NCBI GenBank assembly: GCA_964584075.1 | Contig: CAZOYV010000002.1 | Coordinates: 3,769-67,768, forward strand | From: an uncultured Rickettsiales bacterium | GTDB lineage: Bacteria; Myxococcota_A; UBA796; UBA9615; CAYRNR01 | Reading direction: 5' to 3' | Length of the DNA: 64,000 nucleotides | In this document: positions 21,980 through 34,465 of the stretch, piece by piece | Layout: each line of letters begins with the position of its first letter | Numbering within the stretch: the first letter of the stretch is position 1 | The notes under the pieces: model-generated | What the model was told of the DNA's origin: nothing | Seen by the model: the letters and a program-made list of their open reading frames with translations, nothing else | Databases searched by the model: none | Position numbers and translations under genes: made by a program

Positions 21980-23182
21980 GTGGGCTGGAGGCTGCCGGCG
22001 ATGGGGCTGCTCCCGCTGCTGCTGCTGGGCTGCGCGGCGGTGGGTCGGGCCGCGACCGGGCGGCCCGCGACGCACCCGGCGCAGTCCCCCGCGGACGGGT
22101 GCGGAGAGCCGGACCCGTGGCCGCTGTGGGAGGCCTACCGCGCGCACTTCATCACCTCCGAGGGGCGGGTGATCGACCACACCGGCGGCGGCCACTCCAC
22201 GTCGGAGGGCCAGGCCTACGCGATGGTGCTGTCCCTGATCGCCGGGGACCGCCAGACCTTCGAGCGCGTCCTGCGCTGGGCCACCGACAACCTGGCCGGC
22301 GGGGATCTGGCGGAGACGCTGCCGGCGTGGAAGTGGGGCCGCCTCGAGCCGGGGGAGTGGGGGGTCGCGGACCCCAACCCCGCCAGCGACGCCGACCTGT
22401 GGATGGCGTACGCGCTGATCGAGGCCGGCAGGTCGTGGGAGGAGCCCGCGCACGGGGAGCTGGGCCGGGCCATCGCGGCCAACGTCGCGGAGCGCGAGGT
22501 GGCGGACCTGCCGGGCCTGGGGCCGATGCTGCTGCCGGCTCCCGAGGGCTTCGTCCTCGACGAGCGGACCTGGCGCCTCAACCCCAGCTACCTGCCGCTG
22601 CAGGTGCTCGACGGGCTCGCCGCCTCGGGCGCCCGGGGACCGTGGGCCCGGGTCCGCGAGGGGGCCGTCGAGGTGCTGCGCGCCAGCGCGGCCGGCGGGT
22701 TCGTGCCGGACTGGATCGCCTACCGCGAGGGCTCCGGCTTCCTGCCCGATCCGGTCAGCGGCCCGGTGGGCAGCCACGACGCGATCCGCACCTACCTGTG
22801 GGCCTCGACGCTGCACGACGACGCCGCGGACAAGGCCGCGGTCTGTAGCCGGCTGCTGGGGATGGTGCGGCACTTCGACCGGCATGGCACCGTGCCCGAG
22901 CGGGTGGACGCCTTCGCCGGCGAGGTGCAGCAGGACCACGGACCGGTGGGCTTCCTCGGCGTGCTGCTGCCCGAGCTGGAGGCCGTCGGCGACGCCGAAC
23001 AGCTGGGGCGCCTGCGCGCCGAGATCGAGCTGTACCGCAACGGGGAGCTCTACGGCTCTCCGCCGACGTACTACGACCAGAACCTGCTCCTGTTCGCGAC
23101 CGGCTTCGACGACGGACGCTATCGCTTCGGCCCCGCCGGTCGCCTGCACACGAGCTGGGAGGGATCATGCGACGAGCCGTGA
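21980..23182 (+). CDS. bcsZ: Endo-1,4-beta-glucanase BcsZ (GH8), probably a lipoprotein.
   Basis: GH8 catalytic region SEGQAYAM and an overall GH8 fold. The N-terminal lipobox LLLLGC suggests a lipoprotein. Start is either GTG 21980 or ATG 22001. Confidence 0.75.
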   Translation: MGWRLPAMGLLPLLLLGCAAVGRAATGRPATHPAQSPADGCGEPDPWPLWEAYRAHFITSEGRVIDHTGGGHSTSEGQAYAMVLSLIAGDRQTFERVLRWATDNLAGGDLAETLPAWKWGRLEPGEWGVADPNPASDADLWMAYALIEAGRSWEEPAHGELGRAIAANVAEREVADLPGLGPMLLPAPEGFVLDERTWRLNPSYLPLQVLDGLAASGARGPWARVREGAVEVLRASAAGGFVPDWIAYREGSGFLPDPVSGPVGSHDAIRTYLWASTLHDDAADKAAVCSRLLGMVRHFDRHGTVPERVDAFAGEVQQDHGPVGFLGVLLPELEAVGDAEQLGRLRAEIELYRNGELYGSPPTYYDQNLLLFATGFDDGRYRFGPAGRLHTSWEGSCDEP

Positions 23183-26100
23183 CGATCATGCTGGGGACCG
23201 CCGTCCTGGCGGGCCTGCTGCTGGCGACGCCCGCGCCCCGGGCCCGCGCGGAGGACTCCGCGGCGATCCAGCGGCTGCTGGACAGCGCGGCGTACTGGGA
23301 GGAGCGCGGGCGGACCGACAAGCTGCTGGAGATCTACGCCAAGATCCTGCGGGCCGATCCGGACCACGTGGAGACGCTGGCCGCGCTGGCGCGCCACCAC
23401 GCCGCGGCGGGGAACGCCGCGGAGGCCGCCGAGTACCTGCGGCGGCTGGAGGAGGTGGACCCCGACCACCCGGCGGTGTCCTCCGTGGAGCGGTCGGTGA
23501 CCGCCACGCCCGGGGACGACCGGGCGCTCACCGAGGCCCGCCGGCTGGTGGCCCTCGACCGGGTCGCCGACGCCATCCCGCACTACCGCGAGTACTTCGG
23601 CGACGGCACCCCCAGCGGTCCCGTCGCCATCGAGTTCTACCAGACCCTGGGGGGCGTCTCCGACGAGGGCTGGGAGGAGGCGCGCGCCGGCCTGGAGCGC
23701 ATCGTGCAGCACAACCCCGGCAGCGTCCGGGCCCGGCTGGCGCTGGCCAAGCACCACACCTACCGCGAGTCGACGCGCCGCGACGGGATCCGCGAGATCG
23801 AGGAGATCGCGGCCGACGACGCGGTCTCCGGGGAGGCGGAGCAGGCCTGGCGCGACGCGCTGATGTGGCTCAACGCGGGGCCCGACGACGTGGCGCTGTT
23901 CCGCACCTACCTGACCGAGGTGGGCGAGGACGAGGATCTGCGCGCGCGGATGGACGCGCTGGGCTCGGTCGCCGCGGCCCGCTCCCAGCAGCTCGACCGC
24001 CTCGACCTGGGGTTCACCGCGCTGCAGGACGGGGACCTGGAGCGGGCCGAGGCGGTGTTCGACCGGGCCCTGACGCGCAACGGCAACAACCTGGACGCCG
24101 TGGTCGGACTGGCCACCGTGGAGATGGAGAAGGAGGACTTCGCGCGCGCCCGGGATCTGTTCGAGCGCGCGAAGGAGCTGGCACCGGGCCGCCCGGAGAA
24201 GTGGCGGCAGCCGCTCCGCAGCGCCTCGTTCTGGGAAGAGCTCCACGAGGCCGAGCGCCTCACCCGGCTGGGGGAGTTCGAGCGGGCCCGGACGCTGCTC
24301 GAGGCGGCGCGCGGGCGAGAGGTGGACGAGGTGGTGCACGCCGACGTGGCGCTGGGCAACCTGCTGATGGAGATGGAGCGCTTCGGCGAGGCCGAGCAGG
24401 TCTTCGCCACCGTCACCGAGGAGCACCCGGACAGCACCGCGGCGCTGTCGGCGATGGTGCACCTGAAGCTCCGCGAGGGGCGCCACGACGAGGCCGACGC
24501 GCTCAACCAGCGGCTGGCCGCGCTGGACGCCGGTGAGGCGCTGTCGCCGGAGCGCATCCAGTCCGAGATGATCCGCCACCGCGCGGAGTTCGAGCGAGAG
24601 ATCGGGGACCTGCGCCGGGCCCGCGGCCTGCTGGCCGAGGCCCACCGGCTGGACCCCGAGAGCGAGTGGCTGCTGTTCGAGCTGGCCGCCGTCCACGTGG
24701 AGCTGGGGGAGGTCGGCGAGGCCCGCGAGGAGCTGGACGAGCTCGTGGAGATGCGGCCCGACGAGCCGGAGTTCCGGCTGGCCAGCGCGAGGCTGTACGC
24801 CGAGCAGGGGCTGCTGGCCCAGGCGCTGCGCGAGATGCGCGCCGTACCCGAGGACCGGATGGGCGACGAGGCGCGCTCGTTCAAGACCCTGCTGGAGACG
24901 CGCGCCACGGCCCGCCTGGCCGTGGAGCGGGGCACCGTGCGCGGACAGCCCAAGGTCGCCCGCGACACGCTGCGCCGGCTGGAGCGCGAGGCGCGCAGCA
25001 CCCCCGAGGCGCTGGCCGAGGTGGCGCTGGCGTGGTCCGACCTGGGGGACCACGAGCGGGGCCTGTCGCTGATCCGCTCGGCGGCCGCGCAGAGCCTCTA
25101 CGAGGACCTGGGGGTCCAGCTGCAGCTGGGCGCGATCCTGCTGCGCGCCGGCGAGTACGAGGAGCTGGCCCAGCTGATCGCCGAGGTCCGCGAGGACCCG
25201 TACCTGACGCCGCGCCAGGAGCGGGACGTGGACGACCTGCGCATCGCCACGGCGGTGCGCCGCGCCGACGACGCCGCCGCCCGCGGCGAGCACGACGCCG
25301 CCCTGGGCCACCTGGCGCCGATGCTGCGAGAGTTCCCCGACGAGGAGCGGTTGATCAACGCCGTGGGGCGGCAGCTGATCGCCGAGGGCAACTACGCCGA
25401 GGCCGAGACGGTGTTCCTGGAGGTGCTGGAGCTCTCCCCCGACGACGTCGAGGCGCGCCAGGGGGCGATCGTGGCCTCGCTGAAGATGGGCCGCAAGAAG
25501 CAGGCCCGCACCATGCTCGCCGAGGGCCTGGAGCGATCGCCGGACGACCCGCGGATGCACCTCGCCGCCGGGCGAGCGCGGGCGATGATGGGCAACGACG
25601 GCAAGGCGGTACAGCACCTGCGCCGGGCGCTGGCGCTGCAGTCCGAGGCGCTCCCGGAGCCGCCGGAGGGGGCGGAGCAGGACGACGGACGCCTGGCGAT
25701 GCGCGACGACAGCGAGCAGGCGGGCCGGGTCTACGAGCAGATCCTGCGAGGCGCGATGGAGGGGACGGCGGGCCAGACCGCCGCCGAGGAGCCCGACCTG
25801 GACGCGACGCTGTACGGCCAGGTGCTGGTGGAGATCGACCGGATCCACGAGCGGCACCGGGCCGAGATCTCCGGGGGTCTGCACGTCCGCAACCGCGGGG
25901 GCGAGGGGGGCATGAGCCAGCTCGTCGAGCTGGGCGTGCCCGTGCAGGTGCGCCTGCCCACCGGCTACCGCGGTCACTTCGAGATCGCGGCGACGCCGCT
26001 GTACGTCTACGCCGGCGCGCTGGACGCCAGCGAGGTCGCCGTGGCCGAGCGCTTCGGGACCTACGGCACCGCGTCGCTGGTGACCGACGAGGACTCGGTG

Positions 26101-26982
26101 TACCAGCAGTTCGGGGTGGAGCTCCAGGGCGGGTACGCGATCCGCGGGTACCGCTTCTGGGTCGGCTCGACCCCGCTGGGCTTCGAGCGCATGACGGTCA
26201 CCGGCGGGATCGTGCTGGCCGACCGCATCGATCACTTCGGCTTCCGCCTCGAGGGCTTCCGCGAGGCCAAGCGCGACAGCCTGCTGACCTACGCCGGGCT
26301 GGAGGACCCGCTCACCGGCGAGGAGTGGGGGGGCGTGACCCGCAACGGCGGGCGCCTGGACCTGTCGGTGGACCGCCGGCCGATGCTGGTCTACGTCTTC
26401 GGCGGCTACGAGTTCCTGCTGGGGCGCCACGTCCCGATGAACCGCCGCTGGCAGGGGGGCGCCGGCCTGAAGTGGACGCCCGTGGAGACCGGCAAGCTGT
26501 CGCTGACCACCGGCGTCAGCGGGATGGGCATGGGGTACGTGGAGAACCTGCGGTTCTTCACCTTCGGCCACGCCGGGTACTTCAGCCCGCAGCTGTTCTT
26601 CAACGGCGGCGTTCCCCTGGAGTTCCGTGGCGACACCGGTCCGTTCGAGTTCGCGGTGGAGGTCCACCTCGGGCTGAACTGGTTCCGCGAGGAGTCGATG
26701 CCATACTACCCGGTGGACGAAGACCTGCAGGGCGCGCGCGAGGAGGTGCTCGACGCCGAGGGCCAGCCGGTCTCCCCCGTCTACGAGGGGCGGGACACGC
26801 TGTCGTTCGCGCTGACCGCGGGCCTGCTGCTGGACTACGAGATCACCGACCACGTCACCGCCGGGCTCGATGTCCGGCTGCACACCGCCGCCGAGTACAC
26901 GGAGCTCGTGGGTGGCCTCAACGTGGGCTACTCGTTCGGCAGCCCCAGCCCCGGCAACCGGGCCGCGAGGGGACGCAAGTAG
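23167..26982 (+). CDS. bcsC: Cellulose synthase operon protein BcsC (TPR array plus C-terminal outer-membrane beta-barrel).
   Basis: 1271 aa with a signal peptide, many TPR-like repeats, and a C-terminal approximately 350-aa beta-barrel with an aromatic terminal residue region (...GLNVGYSF). Confidence 0.8.
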   Translation: MRRAVTIMLGTAVLAGLLLATPAPRARAEDSAAIQRLLDSAAYWEERGRTDKLLEIYAKILRADPDHVETLAALARHHAAAGNAAEAAEYLRRLEEVDPDHPAVSSVERSVTATPGDDRALTEARRLVALDRVADAIPHYREYFGDGTPSGPVAIEFYQTLGGVSDEGWEEARAGLERIVQHNPGSVRARLALAKHHTYRESTRRDGIREIEEIAADDAVSGEAEQAWRDALMWLNAGPDDVALFRTYLTEVGEDEDLRARMDALGSVAAARSQQLDRLDLGFTALQDGDLERAEAVFDRALTRNGNNLDAVVGLATVEMEKEDFARARDLFERAKELAPGRPEKWRQPLRSASFWEELHEAERLTRLGEFERARTLLEAARGREVDEVVHADVALGNLLMEMERFGEAEQVFATVTEEHPDSTAALSAMVHLKLREGRHDEADALNQRLAALDAGEALSPERIQSEMIRHRAEFEREIGDLRRARGLLAEAHRLDPESEWLLFELAAVHVELGEVGEAREELDELVEMRPDEPEFRLASARLYAEQGLLAQALREMRAVPEDRMGDEARSFKTLLETRATARLAVERGTVRGQPKVARDTLRRLEREARSTPEALAEVALAWSDLGDHERGLSLIRSAAAQSLYEDLGVQLQLGAILLRAGEYEELAQLIAEVREDPYLTPRQERDVDDLRIATAVRRADDAAARGEHDAALGHLAPMLREFPDEERLINAVGRQLIAEGNYAEAETVFLEVLELSPDDVEARQGAIVASLKMGRKKQARTMLAEGLERSPDDPRMHLAAGRARAMMGNDGKAVQHLRRALALQSEALPEPPEGAEQDDGRLAMRDDSEQAGRVYEQILRGAMEGTAGQTAAEEPDLDATLYGQVLVEIDRIHERHRAEISGGLHVRNRGGEGGMSQLVELGVPVQVRLPTGYRGHFEIAATPLYVYAGALDASEVAVAERFGTYGTASLVTDEDSVYQQFGVELQGGYAIRGYRFWVGSTPLGFERMTVTGGIVLADRIDHFGFRLEGFREAKRDSLLTYAGLEDPLTGEEWGGVTRNGGRLDLSVDRRPMLVYVFGGYEFLLGRHVPMNRRWQGGAGLKWTPVETGKLSLTTGVSGMGMGYVENLRFFTFGHAGYFSPQLFFNGGVPLEFRGDTGPFEFAVEVHLGLNWFREESMPYYPVDEDLQGAREEVLDAEGQPVSPVYEGRDTLSFALTAGLLLDYEITDHVTAGLDVRLHTAAEYTELVGGLNVGYSFGSPSPGNRAARGRK

Positions 26983-27011
26983 TCGAACATAGGTCGATTT
27001 CGATCGACTAG

Positions 27012-30323
<3,312 letters not shown>

Positions 30324-30368
30324 CACCACCAGGAGCCTCCCGTTCCCGTGCCACCTTCGCGGGAACAC

Positions 30369-30420
30369 CCCCCCGGGGCCGGCCCCGATGGGCCCCGGGG
30401 GGAACCCCCATTTCCCCCCT
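30369..30420 (+). terminator. GC-rich hairpin followed by a T-containing tract, downstream of the GH9 gene (putative intrinsic terminator).
   Basis: The sequence ccCCCCGGGGCCggccccgatgGGCCCCGGGGgg forms a 10-12 bp stem, followed by aacccccatttcccc. Confidence 0.4.
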
Positions 30421-30525
30421 TCCCCTGCGGTGATTCGCTGCGCCGCATTGACTGCGCCTGGGCTCATTCGTAGCGCTGGATCGTGGACGCTCCCCGACAG
30501 GGGAGCCACAGGACGAGGTGCAGCG

Positions 30526-32382
30526 ATGTCGGAGGCCCGGTCCCGCGAACGACTGGTGTGGGTGGGCTCGCTGGCCGTGGTGCTGTCGCTCGGATGTGCC
30601 GGCCTCGACGACGACGGGGGGCCGCCGGAGGAGCAGCCCACGCCGGAGCCCCAGGAATGTGACGAGGGCGAGCTGTGGGACGCCACGCTCGCGGCGTGCG
30701 TCCCGGAGGCGTGCGGCGCAGCGCGCTACCCCGCGGCCCCCGATCCCGAGATGGCCGCGGTGTACGTGGACGCCGGCTTCGAGGGGGGCTCCAACGGCAC
30801 CGCCGAGAACCCCTACACCTCGCTGAGCGAGGGGCTGTGGAACGCCGGCCCCGAGACGGCGGTGCTGGTGGCGGCCGGCGACTACGAGGTGGAGGGGCTG
30901 CAGGACCTCTCGCGGCCGGGCATGGCCCTGGTGGGCCGCTGCCCCGAGCTGACGACGGTGCAGGCCGCCGACGGGGGGCGCGTGCTGCGCATCGGTCAGA
31001 CCGAGCGGGCGCTCGTGGAGGGGCTGGCGTTCCTCGGCGACGGGGGGGAGCCCGGCGAGGACGACGCCGTGCCGGAGCCGCTGGTCGAGCTGTTCAACTC
31101 CACCGAGCTGACGATCCGCCGCTGCGCGTTCCGCGACGGCCGCTACGACGGCCTGCTGGTGTGGCAGTGCGGGCAGGTCGAGATCGCGGACAACGCGGTC
31201 TCCGGCTGCGCCCGGGCCGGCATCAGCGCCGCGCTGTCCACGGACGTGGTGGCCCGGGGCAACCGCGTCGAGGGGACGCGGGCGATGGCCACGGGCTCGA
31301 TGGGCCACGGGCTGTACGTGCTGCACGCCACCGGCGCGACGGTGGAGGACAACGTGCTGGCGGACAACGAGGGCGGCGGCGTGTGGATCTCCGACGGCGA
31401 GCCGGTGGCCGTCCACGACAACACGGCGCGGGACAACGCGGGCCCCGGCATCGACGTGCGCTACTGCGCCGGGCTGACGGTGGAGGACAACGTCGCGGAG
31501 GGCAACCGCCGCTTCGGCCTGGCCGTGCGCAGCAGCGCCGGGACGGTGACCGGCAACGAGGTCGCCGGTACCACCGCGGGGGCGGACGGCGCCTACGGCT
31601 GGGGGCTGTACCTGGGCGACGTGGCCGGCGTCGAGGTCCGGGACAACACCATCGAGGACAGCGTCGAGGCCGGGCTGGTGGTGGCGTATGCCACGGGCGC
31701 GGTGGAGGACAACGAGGTGCGCTCCGTGGCCCCCAACGCCGGCGGCACGCTGGGCCGCGGGATCGAGCTGGCGGACGTGGACGACCTGGTCCTCGCCGGC
31801 AACCGGGTCGAGGACGCCGCCGAGATCGGCATCGCGGTGCTCGACAGCATCGTGGAGGTGCGCGACAACGAGGTCCACGCGACGCAGCCGGTGGCCGCCG
31901 GCGACGACGGCTACACCTTCGGGCACGGGATCCACGTCCAGGACTCCACCGATGTCCTGTGCGAGGGCAACGCGGTCACGGAGGCGACCCACCACGGCAT
32001 CGTGTACCTGGACACCCTGCGCGGGGAGGTCGCCGGCAACGTCGTCAACGGCACGCTCGCCGGCGGGGCGCCCGGGTGGCCCCACGGGGACGGCATCGCC
32101 GTGCTGACCGTCGACGAGTCGGTGTGGGTCCACGACAACGCCGTCGCCGACAACGAGCGCTGCGGCGTGCTCGTCGACCACGCCACGGCCTCGGTCACCG
32201 GCAACACCGTGACCGGCAACGAGCTGGCGGTGGTGGCCCAGAACCAGGCCCAGCTGACCGCCGAGGACAACGAGATCGAGGGGAACGCGCAGGACGAGGT
32301 GGTCGAGTACCCCGGGGCCCAGCTGCCGGTCCACGCCGGCGGAGTCGAGCCGCTGGACGGTCCCTCGCCCTCCGGGGACTGA
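30526..32382 (+). CDS. Lipoprotein with right-handed parallel beta-helix repeats (NosD/CASH/pectate-lyase-like).
   Basis: Internal start MSEARSRERLVWVGSLAVVLSLGCAG has a lipobox. About 20 or more degenerate 22-25-aa repeats follow (xGNxVxxNxxxGIxV...), typical of PbH1 beta-helix repeats. Its stop overlaps the start of the sigma factor gene as TGATG. Confidence 0.65.
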   Translation: MSEARSRERLVWVGSLAVVLSLGCAGLDDDGGPPEEQPTPEPQECDEGELWDATLAACVPEACGAARYPAAPDPEMAAVYVDAGFEGGSNGTAENPYTSLSEGLWNAGPETAVLVAAGDYEVEGLQDLSRPGMALVGRCPELTTVQAADGGRVLRIGQTERALVEGLAFLGDGGEPGEDDAVPEPLVELFNSTELTIRRCAFRDGRYDGLLVWQCGQVEIADNAVSGCARAGISAALSTDVVARGNRVEGTRAMATGSMGHGLYVLHATGATVEDNVLADNEGGGVWISDGEPVAVHDNTARDNAGPGIDVRYCAGLTVEDNVAEGNRRFGLAVRSSAGTVTGNEVAGTTAGADGAYGWGLYLGDVAGVEVRDNTIEDSVEAGLVVAYATGAVEDNEVRSVAPNAGGTLGRGIELADVDDLVLAGNRVEDAAEIGIAVLDSIVEVRDNEVHATQPVAAGDDGYTFGHGIHVQDSTDVLCEGNAVTEATHHGIVYLDTLRGEVAGNVVNGTLAGGAPGWPHGDGIAVLTVDESVWVHDNAVADNERCGVLVDHATASVTGNTVTGNELAVVAQNQAQLTAEDNEIEGNAQDEVVEYPGAQLPVHAGGVEPLDGPSPSGD

Positions 32383-33725
32383 TGGCGTGGCGATCCCGAC
32401 CCGGAGGCCCCGCGCGACGGCGTGACCGCGCCCTGGAGTCCGCCTACCTGCGGGCCGTGCGCAGCATCCCCCCGCTGACCCCCCTGGAGGAGCTGGACCT
32501 GGCGCGCCGCCTGGAGTGGGCGCAGATCGGACGGCGGCTGGAGGTGTGGGCCTCGTCGTGGAGCACCCGGGACCTGCTGCAGCTGCTGCTGGCGCGCGGG
32601 GAGGGGCCGGCGGTGCTGCCCGGGGGCGTGCGGGGGGAGCGGCGGCTGGACCGGCAGCGGCATCACCTGCGGAGGCAGCGGCAGCGCTGGCGCGACCTGA
32701 CGGCGCGGCGCGTCGCTCGCCGGGTGCCCGACGGCGACGTGGAGGGGGCGATCCACGAGCTGCAGGACGATCTGTACGATCAGGAGGACCTGCTGCCGGC
32801 GCCCCGCGAGGCCGTCGACGAGCTGGCCCGCCGGCTCCTGCGCTGGCTCGCGCGGGCCCGCGCCATGCCGTCGGGGGTGCCGGGGCGGGAGGTCGCCGCC
32901 GGAGCCCTCGACGAGTTGGAGCAGCTCGAGGCCGAGTCGCGGTCGACGCGGGACGCACTCCTCGCCGAGGGGCCGGCGCTGGAACACGCCGAGGCGCTCG
33001 TCGAGGCGGCCCGCAACGAGCTGGCGGCGGGCAACCTGCGGTTGGTGGTCCACGAGGCGCGCCGGTATGCCAGCAGCGGGTTCTCGCTGCTGGACCTGGT
33101 GCAGGAGGGGAACCTGGGGCTGCTGCGCGCGGTGGAGCGCTTCGACCACCGGCGGGGCTACCGGCTGGCGACGTACGCGCGGTGGTGGGTGCGCCAGGGG
33201 ATCCTGCGCTCGATGGACGAGGAGCGAGGCACCATCCGGGTGCCGCCCCGGGCGAGCGGCCGGCGCGCCCGGCTCCAGCGGGCGAGCCAGGGGCTGGCCC
33301 TGCGGAGCGGACGGGCCCCGACCGACGAGGCGCTGGCACGGCGCCTGGAGCTACCGGTGGAGGTGGTCCGCGAGCTGCAGCGGATGCCGCGCGTCACGGC
33401 CAGCCTCGACGAGCCCGTGGACGGCGAGGGGGAGGAGAGCGTCGGGGACCGGCTCTCCGACGACGAGGGCAGCGATCCGTCCGCCGAGGCGGAGGCCCGC
33501 GACCTGCGCCGCCTGACGCGGGCGGCGCTGGACACGCTGACCCCGCGCGAGCGGAGCATCGTGGAGATGTGCTACGGGCTGGGACGGCCGCGGCGGAGCC
33601 TCGCCGAGATCGGCCGCGACGTGGGGCTGAGCAGTGAGCGGGTGCGCCAGATCCTGGGGGAGGCGATGGACCGGCTGCGGCGGCAGGAGGAGCTCGCCGA
33701 GCTGTCGGAGTCGACCGGGGGCTGA
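32382..33725 (+). CDS. RNA polymerase sigma factor of the sigma-70 family (regions 1.2, 2, 3 and 4 present).
   Basis: Region 2 GNLRLVVHEARRYASSGFSLLDLVQEGNLGLLRAVERFDHRRGYRLATYARWWVRQGI. Region 4.2 SLAEIGRDVGLSSERVRQI. 448 aa with a long non-conserved insert after region 1.2. Confidence 0.8.
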   Translation: MAWRSRPGGPARRRDRALESAYLRAVRSIPPLTPLEELDLARRLEWAQIGRRLEVWASSWSTRDLLQLLLARGEGPAVLPGGVRGERRLDRQRHHLRRQRQRWRDLTARRVARRVPDGDVEGAIHELQDDLYDQEDLLPAPREAVDELARRLLRWLARARAMPSGVPGREVAAGALDELEQLEAESRSTRDALLAEGPALEHAEALVEAARNELAAGNLRLVVHEARRYASSGFSLLDLVQEGNLGLLRAVERFDHRRGYRLATYARWWVRQGILRSMDEERGTIRVPPRASGRRARLQRASQGLALRSGRAPTDEALARRLELPVEVVRELQRMPRVTASLDEPVDGEGEESVGDRLSDDEGSDPSAEAEARDLRRLTRAALDTLTPRERSIVEMCYGLGRPRRSLAEIGRDVGLSSERVRQILGEAMDRLRRQEELAELSESTGG

Positions 33726-33798
33726 CGGAGCACCGGGCGCCGGGCGACGGCGAGCCGCCGGCCGGGCGGGCCGCGCGGCCGGGTGGTCGTCGGCCCCG

Positions 33799-34323
33799 TC
33801 AGGAGCCGATCGCCCCGGGCGGGATCGCGACGCCCCGGAGCAGGGCGCCGAGGTAGCGTGCCCGCACCAGCGCGCGGCCCAGCCTTCCCGGGTCGGACCT
33901 CGGCGGCGCCGGGCGCGCGCGGCGGAGCTCGCGACCGAGGTACCGCACCACGGTGCCGGCCACGTCGACCTCGTCCGAGATCCGCAACGTGACGGCCCGG
34001 TCCGGTATGTCGTCGCCGGCCTCGAAGACCGGCTCGCGGTTGAGCCGGAGCCGGCCGTCGCGGGCGCGGTCCAACAGCACCACCAGCCCGTCGGAGCGCT
34101 GGTGGATCACGGCCAGCAGGTCGGCGGTCCCGGGGTCTCCGGCCTGGATCGCGGCCCGGGTGCCGCGGCCCACCCCGACGTACTCCTCGCCGCTCCACAG
34201 CTCGTAGGGCGGGTTGCCGTCGACCCTCACCTCCAGGTGCAGGTCGTACCGCGCGCGGCGGCGCCGTTCCCGTGCGTCGCGCGCGTCGCGACGCCCGATC
34301 TCGTCGGGGTACCAGCGTCTCAT
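33799..34323 (-). CDS. Hypothetical protein with a degenerate FHA-like domain.
   Basis: Start MRRWYPDEIGRR has a GGGAGA RBS. The segment VGVGRGTRAAIQAGDPGTADLLAVIHQRSDGLVVLLDRARDGRLRLNREPV...DIPDRAVTLRISDEV aligns loosely to the FHA consensus (GR...D..L....VSR.HA......L.D..S.NGT.VNG....L..GD.I.LG). The opposite-strand ORFs here look antisense-like. Confidence 0.4.
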   Translation of the reverse strand: MRRWYPDEIGRRDARDARERRRRARYDLHLEVRVDGNPPYELWSGEEYVGVGRGTRAAIQAGDPGTADLLAVIHQRSDGLVVLLDRARDGRLRLNREPVFEAGDDIPDRAVTLRISDEVDVAGTVVRYLGRELRRARPAPPRSDPGRLGRALVRARYLGALLRGVAIPPGAIGS

Positions 34324-34465
34324 GGTGGGTCTCCCAGTTGGATCGACGCTAGCGCGACGCTCCCGGCCCGAGCACCGGGCGCGCACCGTGCGCGTGGTGG
34401 TGGCGCGCCGGAATCACGGGTCGGGGAATCTCCGATGGCTCCCGGCCAGCCGGGCGGCCACCGTC

